Of a DNA stretch of 30,492 nucleotides, positions 10,702 to 20,223 are shown piece by piece (the first letter of the stretch is position 1; each line of letters begins with the position of its first letter). The position numbers and the translations under genes are program-made. The notes below the pieces were generated by a model that saw nothing but the letters and a program-made list of their open reading frames with translations, ran no database searches and had not been told where the DNA came from. The stretch comes from Planctomycetota bacterium (GTDB taxonomy: Bacteria; Planctomycetota; Planctomycetia; Pirellulales; Lacipirellulaceae). Where the stretch lies: positions 1 to 30,492 of the forward strand of contig JBCCXZ010000051.1 of assembly GCA_039190745.1 (NCBI GenBank), in the 5' to 3' direction.

Positions 10702-11721
10702 ATGACCTCGATACGCAAAGTCGCCGACGCCGCGGGCGTGTCCATTGCCACGGTCTCACGAGTGGTCAACGGAAACACTCGGGTGGCCCCTGAACTCCGC
10801 GAGCGTGTGCTTCAGGCCGTCAAAGAGCACGATTACTCACCCCAGCAGGGGCGCTCTCGGGCAACCAGCGTGGCAATGGTCTACACCGGCCTCTACACAG
10901 TGGATTGCCCCTACGACTCCCGAGTCATCGCCGGGGCCGTGGAGGCGATGCGCCGCAGCCCGTTCGACCTGCAGATCGTCGACTTGAATCGGGACAAGAA
11001 GCCCGACGAGGCCTACAGCCAATTCTTCCTCCGGAAGGGCATTTGCGGCGTCATCGCACGTATCAATGAAGACCCTCAGCAGCGGCAGGTTGTCGAGCAG
11101 ATCGCTTCCGAGGGCGTACCGCTGGTGGTGATCGGCGACCATTTCGAGCACAAAAGCCTGCGTTTTGTCTACAACTGCTCGCGTGACGCGAGCGCTGAGG
11201 CGATCGACCATCTGGTTTCCTGGGGCCACCGTCGGATCGCGTTTGCTTCCTGCGAGCGGAACGACGGCGATCACCGGGACCGCTTCTGGGCCTACAGCCA
11301 CGTGCTCGAGGAGCACGGGCTGCTTGACGAGTCGCTGGTGTACCGCTTGCCGCCGCAGCAATTGGACGGCGCTCAGCTGATCCGCCGCATCCTGGCCCAG
11401 ACCGACCCGCCCACGGCCGCCTACTTTGCCGACCCACTGGTGGCTGTCGGTGCATTGAACGAGGCGCACCGCATGGGCGTCCGCATCCCTGATGATTTCT
11501 CCATGGTCGGGTTCGACGACGGCGAGCTACGGAACATGGTGTACCCAGAAATGACCGCCGTTTGCCAAGACTGCCACGAGGTAGGCCGGATGGCCTTCAA
11601 GGCTGTTGCCGACGGCCGTGCAGGTGAAGAAGGTGCGGCAACTACGGTTGGTAAGGCCTGGTTAAAGATTAACCACTCCACCGGTCCGGCGGCGATGTCC
11701 AGCAGCACCGTCGCGAGTTAG
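10702..11721 (+). CDS. LacI family transcriptional regulator
   Basis: Start ATG 10702. HTH MTSIRKVADAAGVSIATVSRVVN; GHRRIAF and RIPDDFSMVGFDD in the sugar-binding domain. Confidence 0.95.
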   Translation: MTSIRKVADAAGVSIATVSRVVNGNTRVAPELRERVLQAVKEHDYSPQQGRSRATSVAMVYTGLYTVDCPYDSRVIAGAVEAMRRSPFDLQIVDLNRDKKPDEAYSQFFLRKGICGVIARINEDPQQRQVVEQIASEGVPLVVIGDHFEHKSLRFVYNCSRDASAEAIDHLVSWGHRRIAFASCERNDGDHRDRFWAYSHVLEEHGLLDESLVYRLPPQQLDGAQLIRRILAQTDPPTAAYFADPLVAVGALNEAHRMGVRIPDDFSMVGFDDGELRNMVYPEMTAVCQDCHEVGRMAFKAVADGRAGEEGAATTVGKAWLKINHSTGPAAMSSSTVAS

Positions 11722-11901
11722 TGCAGGACGGAAGCATGCGGTGCGTTTTCGGTAGAGAGGCGGCCAGCCGTGCTCTTCTGATCGGGCCGCACTGCCAGGA
11801 TGCAATGCGTTTGAGAAACGGTCGGTTCGCCGCCCGTGAAACTTCTCACAACAATTTAGGGCGTTCGCCCGCTCGCTGTCCCTAAAAAACGAGATAGTTC
11901 G

Positions 11902-11940
11902 TTGACATATCTCCCCATGGCCGGTAACGTAACTGTTACA
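11902..11940 (+). promoter_or_regulatory. Sigma70-type promoter overlapped by a candidate LacI operator
   Basis: TTGACA (11902-11907), 17-bp spacer, TAACGT (11925-11930). CGGTAACGTAACTGTTACA (11922-11940) overlaps the -10 box and likely start site. Confidence 0.65.
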
Positions 11941-12135
11941 GAATCTTTTCAGGTTACTACTTATCTTTGGCTCGTTCGGTTTCGCAGCTTTGCCGGGGCA
12001 GCTCGCCGTCGACCGCGACGGCGGCTAACGGCCGCGAGCTCCACTGAGCCGCGAGTGTCGCAACAGAGGATTGGCGTTCCAAGTTTTTGACGTTTGCTTC
12101 TTCGAGTTCTCTTCACCATTGAAAGGGGTTGACTA

Positions 12136-12918
12136 ATGCGAGTGCATAGTCTGTTCACGCTGCGTTCCTGCAAGGCCTTGCTGGCCGGCGCAGCACTCAT
12201 GATGGCTACGGTTTCGGGCGCCGCCGCGCAGGTCACGGGTTACTCACAAGACTTCGAGGCGCTGAACGCAGCGGATCCTGGCGCACTCAGCGGCGACGGC
12301 TGGCTCGGCTTTGGCGCTGTGCTTGGTAAGTTCGGCTTCGGGCCTTTCGGCGCCCCCAACGGAGGCCCCGGCTTCTCTGCGGTTGCCTCCGGTGAAGCGG
12401 GCCCAGCACAAGGTGTGCAGTACATCAACACGTACAGCGATTACAACTGCTGCGGCGCCACTGACGGACACTCGGTGGGCGAAACGGTTCAAGCCACAGT
12501 ATTCCAAGAGCAGAACATCACCGCGGCCGACATCGGTAAGGACGTGACGTTCATCTTCGACGGCAAGCGGCCTTCGACGGCTGCTGGTACAGCTTTGGCG
12601 CCGCCTTCGGAGGGCGAGGCCTTCATCCTGACTCTCGACCCGAACAACGGTTTCGCAATCACCAACTTCATCTCTTTCGACGCGTTGACGCTTAGCCAAG
12701 AGGACTGGAGCACCCATTCCTTGACGTTGTCGCTCGCCGACCCGCTCCTGAATGGGCAGATACTGCAGTTCGGTTTTCAGAATCGCGCCACGAACTTCGA
12801 CAACACGGGCGTGTTCTACGACAACATCAACTTTGTCGTTCCTGAGCCGGCTTCATTCGTGCTGCTCGGGCTCGGCGCCGTTGCCTTGCCTTACCGTCGT
12901 CGGGCCCGCCTAGCCTGA
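12136..12918 (+). CDS. PEP-CTERM surface protein (paralog A)
   Basis: Signal peptide ending AAA-Q, beta-rich domain containing YINTYSDYNCCG, C-terminal VPEPASFVLLGLGAVALPYRRR. Confidence 0.9.
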   Translation: MRVHSLFTLRSCKALLAGAALMMATVSGAAAQVTGYSQDFEALNAADPGALSGDGWLGFGAVLGKFGFGPFGAPNGGPGFSAVASGEAGPAQGVQYINTYSDYNCCGATDGHSVGETVQATVFQEQNITAADIGKDVTFIFDGKRPSTAAGTALAPPSEGEAFILTLDPNNGFAITNFISFDALTLSQEDWSTHSLTLSLADPLLNGQILQFGFQNRATNFDNTGVFYDNINFVVPEPASFVLLGLGAVALPYRRRARLA

Positions 12919-12937
12919 TCGGCGGCCTAACCTCTGG

Positions 12938-12971
12938 CGCCCGGGCGGGGCGACTCGCCCGGGCGGCTTTT
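12938..12971 (+). terminator. Probable intrinsic terminator or mRNA-stabilising hairpin
   Basis: CGCCCGGGCG-N8-CGCCCGGGCG (self-complementary arms) followed by GCTTTT. Confidence 0.6.
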
Positions 12972-13296
12972 AGCTACGTAAGAAGCAAACGGATCAAAAG
13001 AAAACCCTCGCCGCTCGGCTGGCCTTCAAACAGTTGCGGAGCCAAGCCGCTGCGGTAACAGATCAAAACACTAGCAGTGCGGCTTACTGATTGCCTTCGG
13101 GGACACGAAACAAATCACGAGTCGCTTAAGAGTCTTAAGAGTTGGGTGTGGGGCGGGCCTCCGTTTGTTGTGACGGCGGCACTTGTTAGGGACGCAGGGC
13201 GGCTTGGTTGCCGGGGATTGGCGGCTCGAGGCCTTGTGTGTTGGACAGGAGCGGCTTCGATTTCAATCGTTGCCAGAATCAAAAGGGGAACCACTA

Positions 13297-14256
13297 ATGC
13301 GTATACAGAAACTACTCGCCCGCCGCCCGGCGATTGCTTGCCTCGCTGCTGCGACGCTCGCGTTCGCTTCGTCTTTGCCGGCATCGGCCCAGGTCTCGAA
13401 CTTTGCGTCGAACTTTGAAGACGCCGACGCCGGCGCCACGGACGCGCTTAGCTCCGACGGCTGGATCGTCACTGGCTTGGTGTTCGACGCCTTCGATTTC
13501 TTCAAGTTCTTCTACGGCCCATTCCCGGCCCCCAACGGCGGCCCCGGCTTCTCGGCGATCGCCGGCGGAGAGGGCGGCATCCTCCAGGGGCAGCAGTACA
13601 TCAACACCTACAGCGACTACAACTGTTGCGGCCCCGGGTCCAGCAACGAAGGCCACTTCGACCCGCTCGGTTTAGAAACCGTCGAGAGCAACATCATGCA
13701 GGAGCAAACGATCGCCACCGGTGATATCGGTAGCATTGTGACCTTCACCTTTGACGCCAAGCTGCCTTCTCCTGAAGCCACGGGCGCGTTGGCTCCCGAA
13801 TCAGAGGCGGTTGCCTTCATCCGCACACTCGATCCCAACGCCAACTTCGCACAAACAAATTTCGTCACGTTCGACGCTCAAACCCTGAGCGACACCGACT
13901 GGTCTCGCCAGAGCGTCTCACTCGATCTGACCGACCCGCTTCTCGACGGGCAGATTCTTCAGTTTGGCTTCAACAACCGGTCGCAGGCTTTCAACAACAC
14001 CGGCGTCTTCTACGACAACGTGGCTTTTACAGTTGACGCGGTTGACGGCGACTTCGACATCGACGGAGACGTCGACGTCTCCGACGCGCTCAAGGGTCAG
14101 CGTGACGGCGAGAACCTCCAGTTCGGCGATGACTGGGACGCAAACTTCGGCAACGGCGAGCTGCCGCTTTCGGCCGTGGGCGCCGTTCCCGAGCCCGCCG
14201 CCGTGAGTCTGATCGCAATGGGTCTGCTCGCCGCTGCGTTGCGGCGCCGTGTCTGA
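13297..14256 (+). CDS. PEP-CTERM surface protein (paralog B) with a dockerin-like repeat
   Basis: Start ATG 13297 after AAGGGG. Signal peptide ending ASA-Q. Same domain as paralog A. GDFDIDGDVDVSD. C-terminal VPEPAAVSLIAMGLLAAALRRRV. Confidence 0.9.
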   Translation: MRIQKLLARRPAIACLAAATLAFASSLPASAQVSNFASNFEDADAGATDALSSDGWIVTGLVFDAFDFFKFFYGPFPAPNGGPGFSAIAGGEGGILQGQQYINTYSDYNCCGPGSSNEGHFDPLGLETVESNIMQEQTIATGDIGSIVTFTFDAKLPSPEATGALAPESEAVAFIRTLDPNANFAQTNFVTFDAQTLSDTDWSRQSVSLDLTDPLLDGQILQFGFNNRSQAFNNTGVFYDNVAFTVDAVDGDFDIDGDVDVSDALKGQRDGENLQFGDDWDANFGNGELPLSAVGAVPEPAAVSLIAMGLLAAALRRRV

Positions 14257-14298
14257 GGCCCGCCTGCTCCGAAAAGAGCCCGAAAAGGAGATCCTAGT

Positions 14299-15342
14299 AT
14301 GAAGCGCAGACAACACTTGGCCGGTTTCACGCTGGTCGAGCTGCTAGTAGTGATCGCGATTATAGGCGTCTTGGTCGCACTGCTCCTCCCCGCCGTGCAG
14401 TCGGCGCGGGAGGCAGCGCGGCGGATCAAGTGCGCGAACAACGTGAAGAACCTCGCGTTGGCCGCCCACAACTACCACGACGCCAACAGGCACCTGCCGT
14501 ACTCGATTGATTACGGCAGGTTCGGGGGAGAGTATTTCCTAACAAATGATGGGCAAGAGAATTCATCCCCTTCTCGCTTTAGACGCGAGGATAACCTGAA
14601 TGGCCGCGGATGGATCGTCTCGGTGCTACCGTTCCTTGAGCAGCAGCAGCTGTACGACGCGATGCGTCCTGGGTTCGATAACCCGAACGCACCGAACAAC
14701 AACTTTGGGGCAGTGCCTACACTCGGCCGCGGTATGGGGATCCTTGATATCCGCGAATTCGTTGCGCAGCAATTGCCGGTTTTGACTTGCCCGTCTGACC
14801 CCTCAGCGGTCCCCAGCGACGAGCAGTGGCAGTGGGAAGAGATTACTGTTGCCACCACAAGCTATAAAGGCGTGGCGGGTGACACGGCAGTAGGTAACGC
14901 CTTCGGCTGGAGCGGTCCATGGGCAGATGAGCCCTGGGGCAGCTTGCCCGACTGCTTCGAGAGCCTCGGCTGCAACGGGTTGATCTGGCGGATGTCTTAT
15001 TACGATCCGATTCCCTTTCGTCGGATTGCCGACGGCCTGAGCAACACGTTCATGATAGGTGAGAGCGTCGTGGAGCAGGACTACCACAGCGCGGCCTATT
15101 TCTCAGACGGCGACTGGGCTAGCTGCAACATGCAGTTAAACTACTTCTCGAACAGCCTGCCCGAAGATATTCGTGAGCTTGAGTGGGGCGACGTCCGTGG
15201 ATTCCGGAGCTACCACCCCGGCGGGGTGCACTTCTCGATGGCCGACGCCTCCGTGCAGTTCGTCAACGAAGGGATCGATCACGAGATCTATCGAGCACTA
15301 TCAACAAAAGAGGGCGGTGAGGTTGTCCCCAGCGATTTTTGA
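14299..15342 (+). CDS. DUF1559 family prepilin-type N-terminal cleavage/methylation domain protein
   Basis: AAGGAG RBS. GFTLVELLVVIAIIGVLVALLLPAVQSAREAARR, LTCPSD, IADGLSNTFMIGE and SYHPGGVHFSMADASV. Confidence 0.95.
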   Translation: MKRRQHLAGFTLVELLVVIAIIGVLVALLLPAVQSAREAARRIKCANNVKNLALAAHNYHDANRHLPYSIDYGRFGGEYFLTNDGQENSSPSRFRREDNLNGRGWIVSVLPFLEQQQLYDAMRPGFDNPNAPNNNFGAVPTLGRGMGILDIREFVAQQLPVLTCPSDPSAVPSDEQWQWEEITVATTSYKGVAGDTAVGNAFGWSGPWADEPWGSLPDCFESLGCNGLIWRMSYYDPIPFRRIADGLSNTFMIGESVVEQDYHSAAYFSDGDWASCNMQLNYFSNSLPEDIRELEWGDVRGFRSYHPGGVHFSMADASVQFVNEGIDHEIYRALSTKEGGEVVPSDF

Positions 15343-15412
15343 GCATAGTTTGTCGGGTGGGCGTGGCGGCGGGCCACGCGTCACTCTTCTCTAGGCGGAT
15401 TCAAAAGGACGC

Positions 15413-15850
15413 TTGAAGACGATGCGCACTGTTCATTTTGCTGCGGGACGTCGCAGGTCGGCTACAAGTCTGGTTGCCTTAGGCGTGCTAGTGGCGGCTA
15501 TTGGGTGCGGCGGCCGGCCCGCCACGGTCTCCGGTACGGTCACCGTGGACGGAGAAGCCTTGACGTTTGGGACGGTCTCCTTTTCCCCGGTTTCCGGCGG
15601 GCAGATGGCTGTTGGCAAAATCGATGAGGATGGCAGCTACGAGGTGATGACAAACCGGGATCGTGGCCTCGAACTCGGAGAGTATCAGGTGGCCGTGGTC
15701 AGCCGCGAGATGGTGCCTCAGGAGAACGGCCCGCCATTGCAAGGCGAATACTACGCCCCACAAAAGTACAGTAGTGTGCGTACATCGGGCCTGAAGTTCA
15801 TGGTGGACTCCGGGTCGAACGAGATCGACCTTGCGCTAACGAAGCAGTAG
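15413..15850 (+). CDS. Small lipoprotein of the type that follows DUF1559 genes (carboxypeptidase-regulatory-like fold)
   Basis: Lipobox AAIG-C. VSGTVTVDG, GKIDEDGSYEV, GEYQVAV, PQKY...TSGL and NEIDLAL. Start TTG 15413 or ATG 15422. Confidence 0.85.
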   Translation: MKTMRTVHFAAGRRRSATSLVALGVLVAAIGCGGRPATVSGTVTVDGEALTFGTVSFSPVSGGQMAVGKIDEDGSYEVMTNRDRGLELGEYQVAVVSREMVPQENGPPLQGEYYAPQKYSSVRTSGLKFMVDSGSNEIDLALTKQ

Positions 15851-15941
15851 CGGCCGGGCGTCTTGTTCTGCCTTCGTTGTCCGCCTTAGGTCTGTCAGCC
15901 GTTCGAGGCGAGTAGGTTTATTCAGGAGCCGAAAAGCGACC

Positions 15942-17399
15942 ATGGAGAAGCGACCGCGGCTGCCAGGCTTGATGTGGGCGGTGCTTGCTCTAAGCCTGCT
16001 GCTCTTGGTCGCCCGGACCGCCAACGCGGCGCCGGACGGGTGGGACCTCGTCTGGAACGATGAGTTCGACGGATCGTCGCTCGACCGATCCAAGTGGGAC
16101 CCCATTCTCTGGATGACCCCGGAGAACAACGAGTGGCAGGCTTACCTCCCGGAGCAGGTCTCCGTTTCCGGCGGCAACCTAGTGCTCTCGGCCCTGGAGG
16201 CGACTCCCCAGCAGAAGGCCCAGACCGGCAAGCCGTACGTCTCCGGCAAGGTTGAAAGCACCTGGACCAAGCAGTACGGCCGCTGGGAAGTGCGCGCCAA
16301 GCTGCCGGGGACGCGAGGGACCTGGCCAGCGATCTGGCTCCTTCCGGACACGGAAACCTATCGCTGGCCGTCCCAGGGAGAGATCGACATCATGGAGAAC
16401 CGCGGCGACGAACCGCTCCAGACAAGCAGCGCCTACCACTGGGGCCCCAACTGGGAAGCGCGTAAGTTCCTGACGGCCAAGCAGCAGACCTCTATCCACG
16501 GTCGGCCCCAGAACTACCACGACCAGTTCCACACCTACGCGGTCGAGTGGGACGCCTCGAAGCTCAGGTTCTTCGTCGACGACGTACACCACTGGACGCT
16601 CACCGACGAGTCCACCAGCGGCTTCCTCAGCAGCCAGGCCGCCGTAATGGAGACGGTCCTCAACGTCGCGGTCGGAGGGGACTTTGTGGACGGCGCCCAG
16701 CCCGGCCCCGGCAGCACGTGGCCCCAGCAGATGCTGGTCGACTACGTCCGCGTCTATGAGCGTGCGGCGAACCCGCCGCCGGCGGTGTTCACCAACGGCG
16801 GCTTCGAAGCCCGCGGCGGCGGGCTCGCGGGCTGGTCGACCTTCGGCAACACTTTCCCCAACGTGCAAGTACACCAGGAAGCGGTGAGCGAGGGCGGCAG
16901 CTCGCTGAAGTTCTTTGGCCAGTTTAGCGCCGGCACGAATTACTCTGGCGTCTCGCAGGGCATCTCGCTCTCCCCCGGAGACAGGGTCGAAGCGTCGCTC
17001 AAGGCGTTCGTCCCTTCCGCCGACAGCATCGCCGGCACGGGCAACCAGGTGATCATGAAGTTCGATTACTTCAGCGAGTTCGGCGGCGTCTTCGGCACGG
17101 CGGCCTACATCAGTTCAACGCAGATCGTCGTCGCCGACGGGACTACGCCCAGCGACGAGTGGGCCGACCACGTGCTCACCGGCACGGCGCCCGCGGGGGC
17201 TGTCGAGGCGCGGCTCGCGTTGGTCTTTGTACAGAACGACTCCGGGAAAGGGTCGGTCCACCTCGACGCGGTCACGTGCGTCAATCAGGACCTAGAACGC
17301 GGCGCCGATGACGACGCAGACGCGGACCTGTCTCATGGGATCCGCGGCCGCTTGCCGTTGGTTGAGGTATCTCAGACCGCCCCGGCGGGCGGTGATTGA
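15942..17399 (+). CDS. Secreted glycoside hydrolase family 16 (laminarinase-like) with a C-terminal CBM-like domain
   Basis: Signal peptide ANA-A. WDLVWNDEFDG, WPAIWLL, catalytic GEIDIME, FHTYAVEW, LNVAVGG and MLVDYVRVY, then an NGGFE...GW carbohydrate-binding-like module. Confidence 0.93.
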   Translation: MEKRPRLPGLMWAVLALSLLLLVARTANAAPDGWDLVWNDEFDGSSLDRSKWDPILWMTPENNEWQAYLPEQVSVSGGNLVLSALEATPQQKAQTGKPYVSGKVESTWTKQYGRWEVRAKLPGTRGTWPAIWLLPDTETYRWPSQGEIDIMENRGDEPLQTSSAYHWGPNWEARKFLTAKQQTSIHGRPQNYHDQFHTYAVEWDASKLRFFVDDVHHWTLTDESTSGFLSSQAAVMETVLNVAVGGDFVDGAQPGPGSTWPQQMLVDYVRVYERAANPPPAVFTNGGFEARGGGLAGWSTFGNTFPNVQVHQEAVSEGGSSLKFFGQFSAGTNYSGVSQGISLSPGDRVEASLKAFVPSADSIAGTGNQVIMKFDYFSEFGGVFGTAAYISSTQIVVADGTTPSDEWADHVLTGTAPAGAVEARLALVFVQNDSGKGSVHLDAVTCVNQDLERGADDDADADLSHGIRGRLPLVEVSQTAPAGGD

Positions 17400-17459
17400 C
17401 AGGGCCGGGGCGGACTGGTTACCACAGTCACGCGAGCACCCTGCGTTGACCCCTAGCCC

Positions 17460-18875
17460 TTGCAACGATCGAGCCCGAACGCCGTGTTCCCCTGGCACTC
17501 TCGGAGGCAGTTCCTCAAGCAGACCGCGGCGTTCGCCGGCAGCTTCGCGGCGCTCCGCGACTGCGTACACGCCGCAACGCACCCGGGCGGGTCGGGGGTC
17601 GATTCCCCATACGGCCCGCTAGTCCGCGATCCTGAAGGCCTGTTGGACCTCCCGCGGGGATTCTCCTACCAGGTCATCTCGCGCACTGGCGCGGCAATGT
17701 CCGACGGGCTCATCACCCCGCCCAAACCGGACGGGATGGCCACGTTCGAGGGGCCCGACGGGGTCACGCTCCTGCTCCGCAACCACGAATCAGAGCCAGA
17801 TTTCGAGCCGAGCCCGTTTGGCGAGGGCGACGCCCTGCTGAGCCGCCTCGACCCGCGCAAGGTCTACGATTCCGGGCCGGCCGCGCATCGCGGGGGAGTC
17901 TCGACCGTTGTCTACGACACCCGAAACCGCCGGGTAGTCCGCGACTTCCTCAGCCTGGCGGGGACCGCCCGGAACTGCGCCGGCGGCCCCACACCCTGGG
18001 GGTCTTGGATCACTTGCGAGGAGACCGTCTGGAAACGCGGGGATTTTGTCGACGAAGTCTCGGGCAGGCTGATCCGCTCGGCGGAGGATCACGGTTACAA
18101 CTTCGAAGTGCCGGCCCGGGCGGAGATCGGCATGGTCGACCCCGTTCCGCTCCGAGACATGGGACGATTCGTGCATGAGGCGGTCGCGGTCGACCCCGCC
18201 ACGGGCGTTGTGTACGAGACCGAAGACAGAGACGACGGGCTGATCTACCGGTTCCTTCCCAACAAGCCGGGCCAAATCGCCGCAGGCGGCAGGCTGCAAG
18301 CGCTGGTCGTTAGGGGGCGTCCCTCGACCGACACGCGGAATTGGGATTCTGCGGATTTCTCACCCGGCGGCGTCTGGGAAGTCCAGTGGATCGACATGCA
18401 AGACGTCGAGTCGCCCAACGGCGACCTGCACCTGCGGGGCCACGCGGCGGGGGCGGCGCGCTTCGCCCGCGGCGAGGGGATGTGGTACTCGAAGGGCCAG
18501 GTCTTTTTTGCCTGCACCAGCGGCGGCCGGAGGAAGCTCGGCCAGATCTGGCGTTACCAGCCCGGGCATTCGGCTAAGGACGGCGGCCGGTTGGAGCTCT
18601 TTGTCGAGTCCAACGATTCGGCATTGCTCGTCAATGCCGACAACCTCACAGCTTCGCCTTGGGGCGACTTGTTCGTGTGCGAAGACCGCGACGGACCGGA
18701 GGTCCGCATCGTCGGCGTAACCCCGAGCGGAGGGCTTTACACGTTTGCGCACAACCACGCGCAAAGCGAGTTCGCCGGCGTGACTTTCTCCCCCGATGCG
18801 TCCACGCTGTTCGTCAACCTCCAGCACGAGGGGATGACCGTAGCAATCCACGGGCCGTGGGTTTCGCGGGCTTGA
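17460..18875 (+). CDS. phoX: PhoX (DUF839) family alkaline phosphatase with Tat signal
   Basis: SRRQFLKQ Tat motif. PDG, RNHE, NCAGGPTPWGSWITCEE, HEAVAVD, RGEG, DNL, CED and EFAGVTFSPD..TLFVNLQH. Start codon uncertain. Confidence 0.85.
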   Translation: MQRSSPNAVFPWHSRRQFLKQTAAFAGSFAALRDCVHAATHPGGSGVDSPYGPLVRDPEGLLDLPRGFSYQVISRTGAAMSDGLITPPKPDGMATFEGPDGVTLLLRNHESEPDFEPSPFGEGDALLSRLDPRKVYDSGPAAHRGGVSTVVYDTRNRRVVRDFLSLAGTARNCAGGPTPWGSWITCEETVWKRGDFVDEVSGRLIRSAEDHGYNFEVPARAEIGMVDPVPLRDMGRFVHEAVAVDPATGVVYETEDRDDGLIYRFLPNKPGQIAAGGRLQALVVRGRPSTDTRNWDSADFSPGGVWEVQWIDMQDVESPNGDLHLRGHAAGAARFARGEGMWYSKGQVFFACTSGGRRKLGQIWRYQPGHSAKDGGRLELFVESNDSALLVNADNLTASPWGDLFVCEDRDGPEVRIVGVTPSGGLYTFAHNHAQSEFAGVTFSPDASTLFVNLQHEGMTVAIHGPWVSRA

Positions 18876-18974
18876 GTGCCAGCGCTTGCATGGTTTCGCT
18901 CGGGGCGTGGCGATCGTGTTCCGCCGCCGCAACGTAAGAGAACTCCGCTGCGTTGAAGCACTGCTAACGTAGGC

Positions 18975-20168
18975 TTACGGCTTCAAGAGGTGCGCGCCCA
19001 AGGCGGGCCGGCTGACGAAATACTCTGCGTCGATGCCGGTCGCCTGTTTGTAGTTCCCCGCGATCGCTTTGGCGACTCGTTCTGCTTCGCCAGCTTGGAC
19101 GAGGGTAACGGTACAACCGCCGAAGCCGCCGCCGGTCATGCGCGAGCCAAACACGCCGTTCGGTTCGCCGAGTTCCTGGGCCGCCTCCACCAACGAGTCG
19201 ATCTCGGGGACGCTGATCTCGAAGTCGTCCCGCATCGAGGCGTGGCTGGCGTACATCAGGTCACCCACGTCCGACCAGCGTCGGGCACGGAAGGCCTCCG
19301 CGGCGTCGACCGTGCGAGCAATCTCGGTCACGACGTGCTGCGCCCGCTGCTGCTCGACGCCGGAGAGCTCCGGCCCCGTCGCTTTCAGATCTTCGGGAGA
19401 AACGTCGCGCCAGCTCTGCTTGCCAATCTTGGCCAGGGCTGAATCGCACTGGCCACGCCGTTCGGCGTACTCCCCGCCCGTCAACTCGTGCTTCACGTTG
19501 CTGTTGGTGATGAGCACCTCCAGCTCTTCCGATGCAAACGGCACGTGCTTGAGCTCGGCCGATTGGCAATCGAGCAGCATCAGCTCGTTGGCCTTACCGA
19601 AGGCGCTACTGAACTGATCCATTATGCCGCACGGCACGCCCGCGTACTTGTGCTCGGCTTCCTGACAGAGAAGACCGACCTCCGTGGGCGAGAGCTCCAC
19701 GCCGTTCATGCCCTGCAGCACGATCGCGGTCGCCACCTCAAGGGCGGCGCTGCTCGAAAGCCCGCCCCCGGTGGGGACGTTCGAGGCAATCACCGCCCGG
19801 AACGGCGCCACGCTGTGGCCGCGGCCGAGGAACCCCGCCACCACGCCCTCGACATACCGGGCCCAGCCGTCCGAAGCAGGTTCGGGTTGCGGGGTAACCG
19901 GTATGGTCGCTTCCGCGTCGAGCCCGATACTGTAGAGTAACGCCTCTTGCCGGGAACCCTCGGGTTGCGGTCCGGCGGCGATCACGGCGTACCGCTCGAT
20001 CGCCATCGGCAGCACGAACCCGTCGTTGTAGTCGATGTGCTCGCCGATCAGGTTGACCCTTCCCGGCGCTGCGCCGACAACCGTCGGCTCGGAGCCGAAC
20101 CGGCGACGGAACTCCTCGGCGGCCTCTTGGTGGGCTCTCGCCAGGTGAGAATACTGCTCAGCGGTCAT
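18975..20168 (-). CDS. galK: Galactokinase
   Basis: APGRVNLIGEHIDYNDGFVLPMAI, GLSSSAALEV, CGIMDQ and GSRMTGGGFGGC. Confidence 0.96.
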   Translation of the reverse strand: MTAEQYSHLARAHQEAAEEFRRRFGSEPTVVGAAPGRVNLIGEHIDYNDGFVLPMAIERYAVIAAGPQPEGSRQEALLYSIGLDAEATIPVTPQPEPASDGWARYVEGVVAGFLGRGHSVAPFRAVIASNVPTGGGLSSSAALEVATAIVLQGMNGVELSPTEVGLLCQEAEHKYAGVPCGIMDQFSSAFGKANELMLLDCQSAELKHVPFASEELEVLITNSNVKHELTGGEYAERRGQCDSALAKIGKQSWRDVSPEDLKATGPELSGVEQQRAQHVVTEIARTVDAAEAFRARRWSDVGDLMYASHASMRDDFEISVPEIDSLVEAAQELGEPNGVFGSRMTGGGFGGCTVTLVQAGEAERVAKAIAGNYKQATGIDAEYFVSRPALGAHLLKP

Positions 20169-20175
20169 AGTTCGT

Positions 20176-20205
20176 GCTTTCTACTACGCAGCTTTCTACT
20201 ACACA
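20176..20205. repeat. 15-bp tandem duplication in the symporter-galK spacer
   Basis: GCTTTCTACTACGCA followed by GCTTTCTACTACACA (one mismatch). Confidence 0.8.
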
Positions 20206-20223
20206 GCGGTGCGCCGCGACGGC

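Noticed and set aside
13125..13142. CTTAAGAGT tandem 9-mer / short palindrome
   Set aside because: Short, single occurrence and unrelated to the other motifs; no function can be supported.
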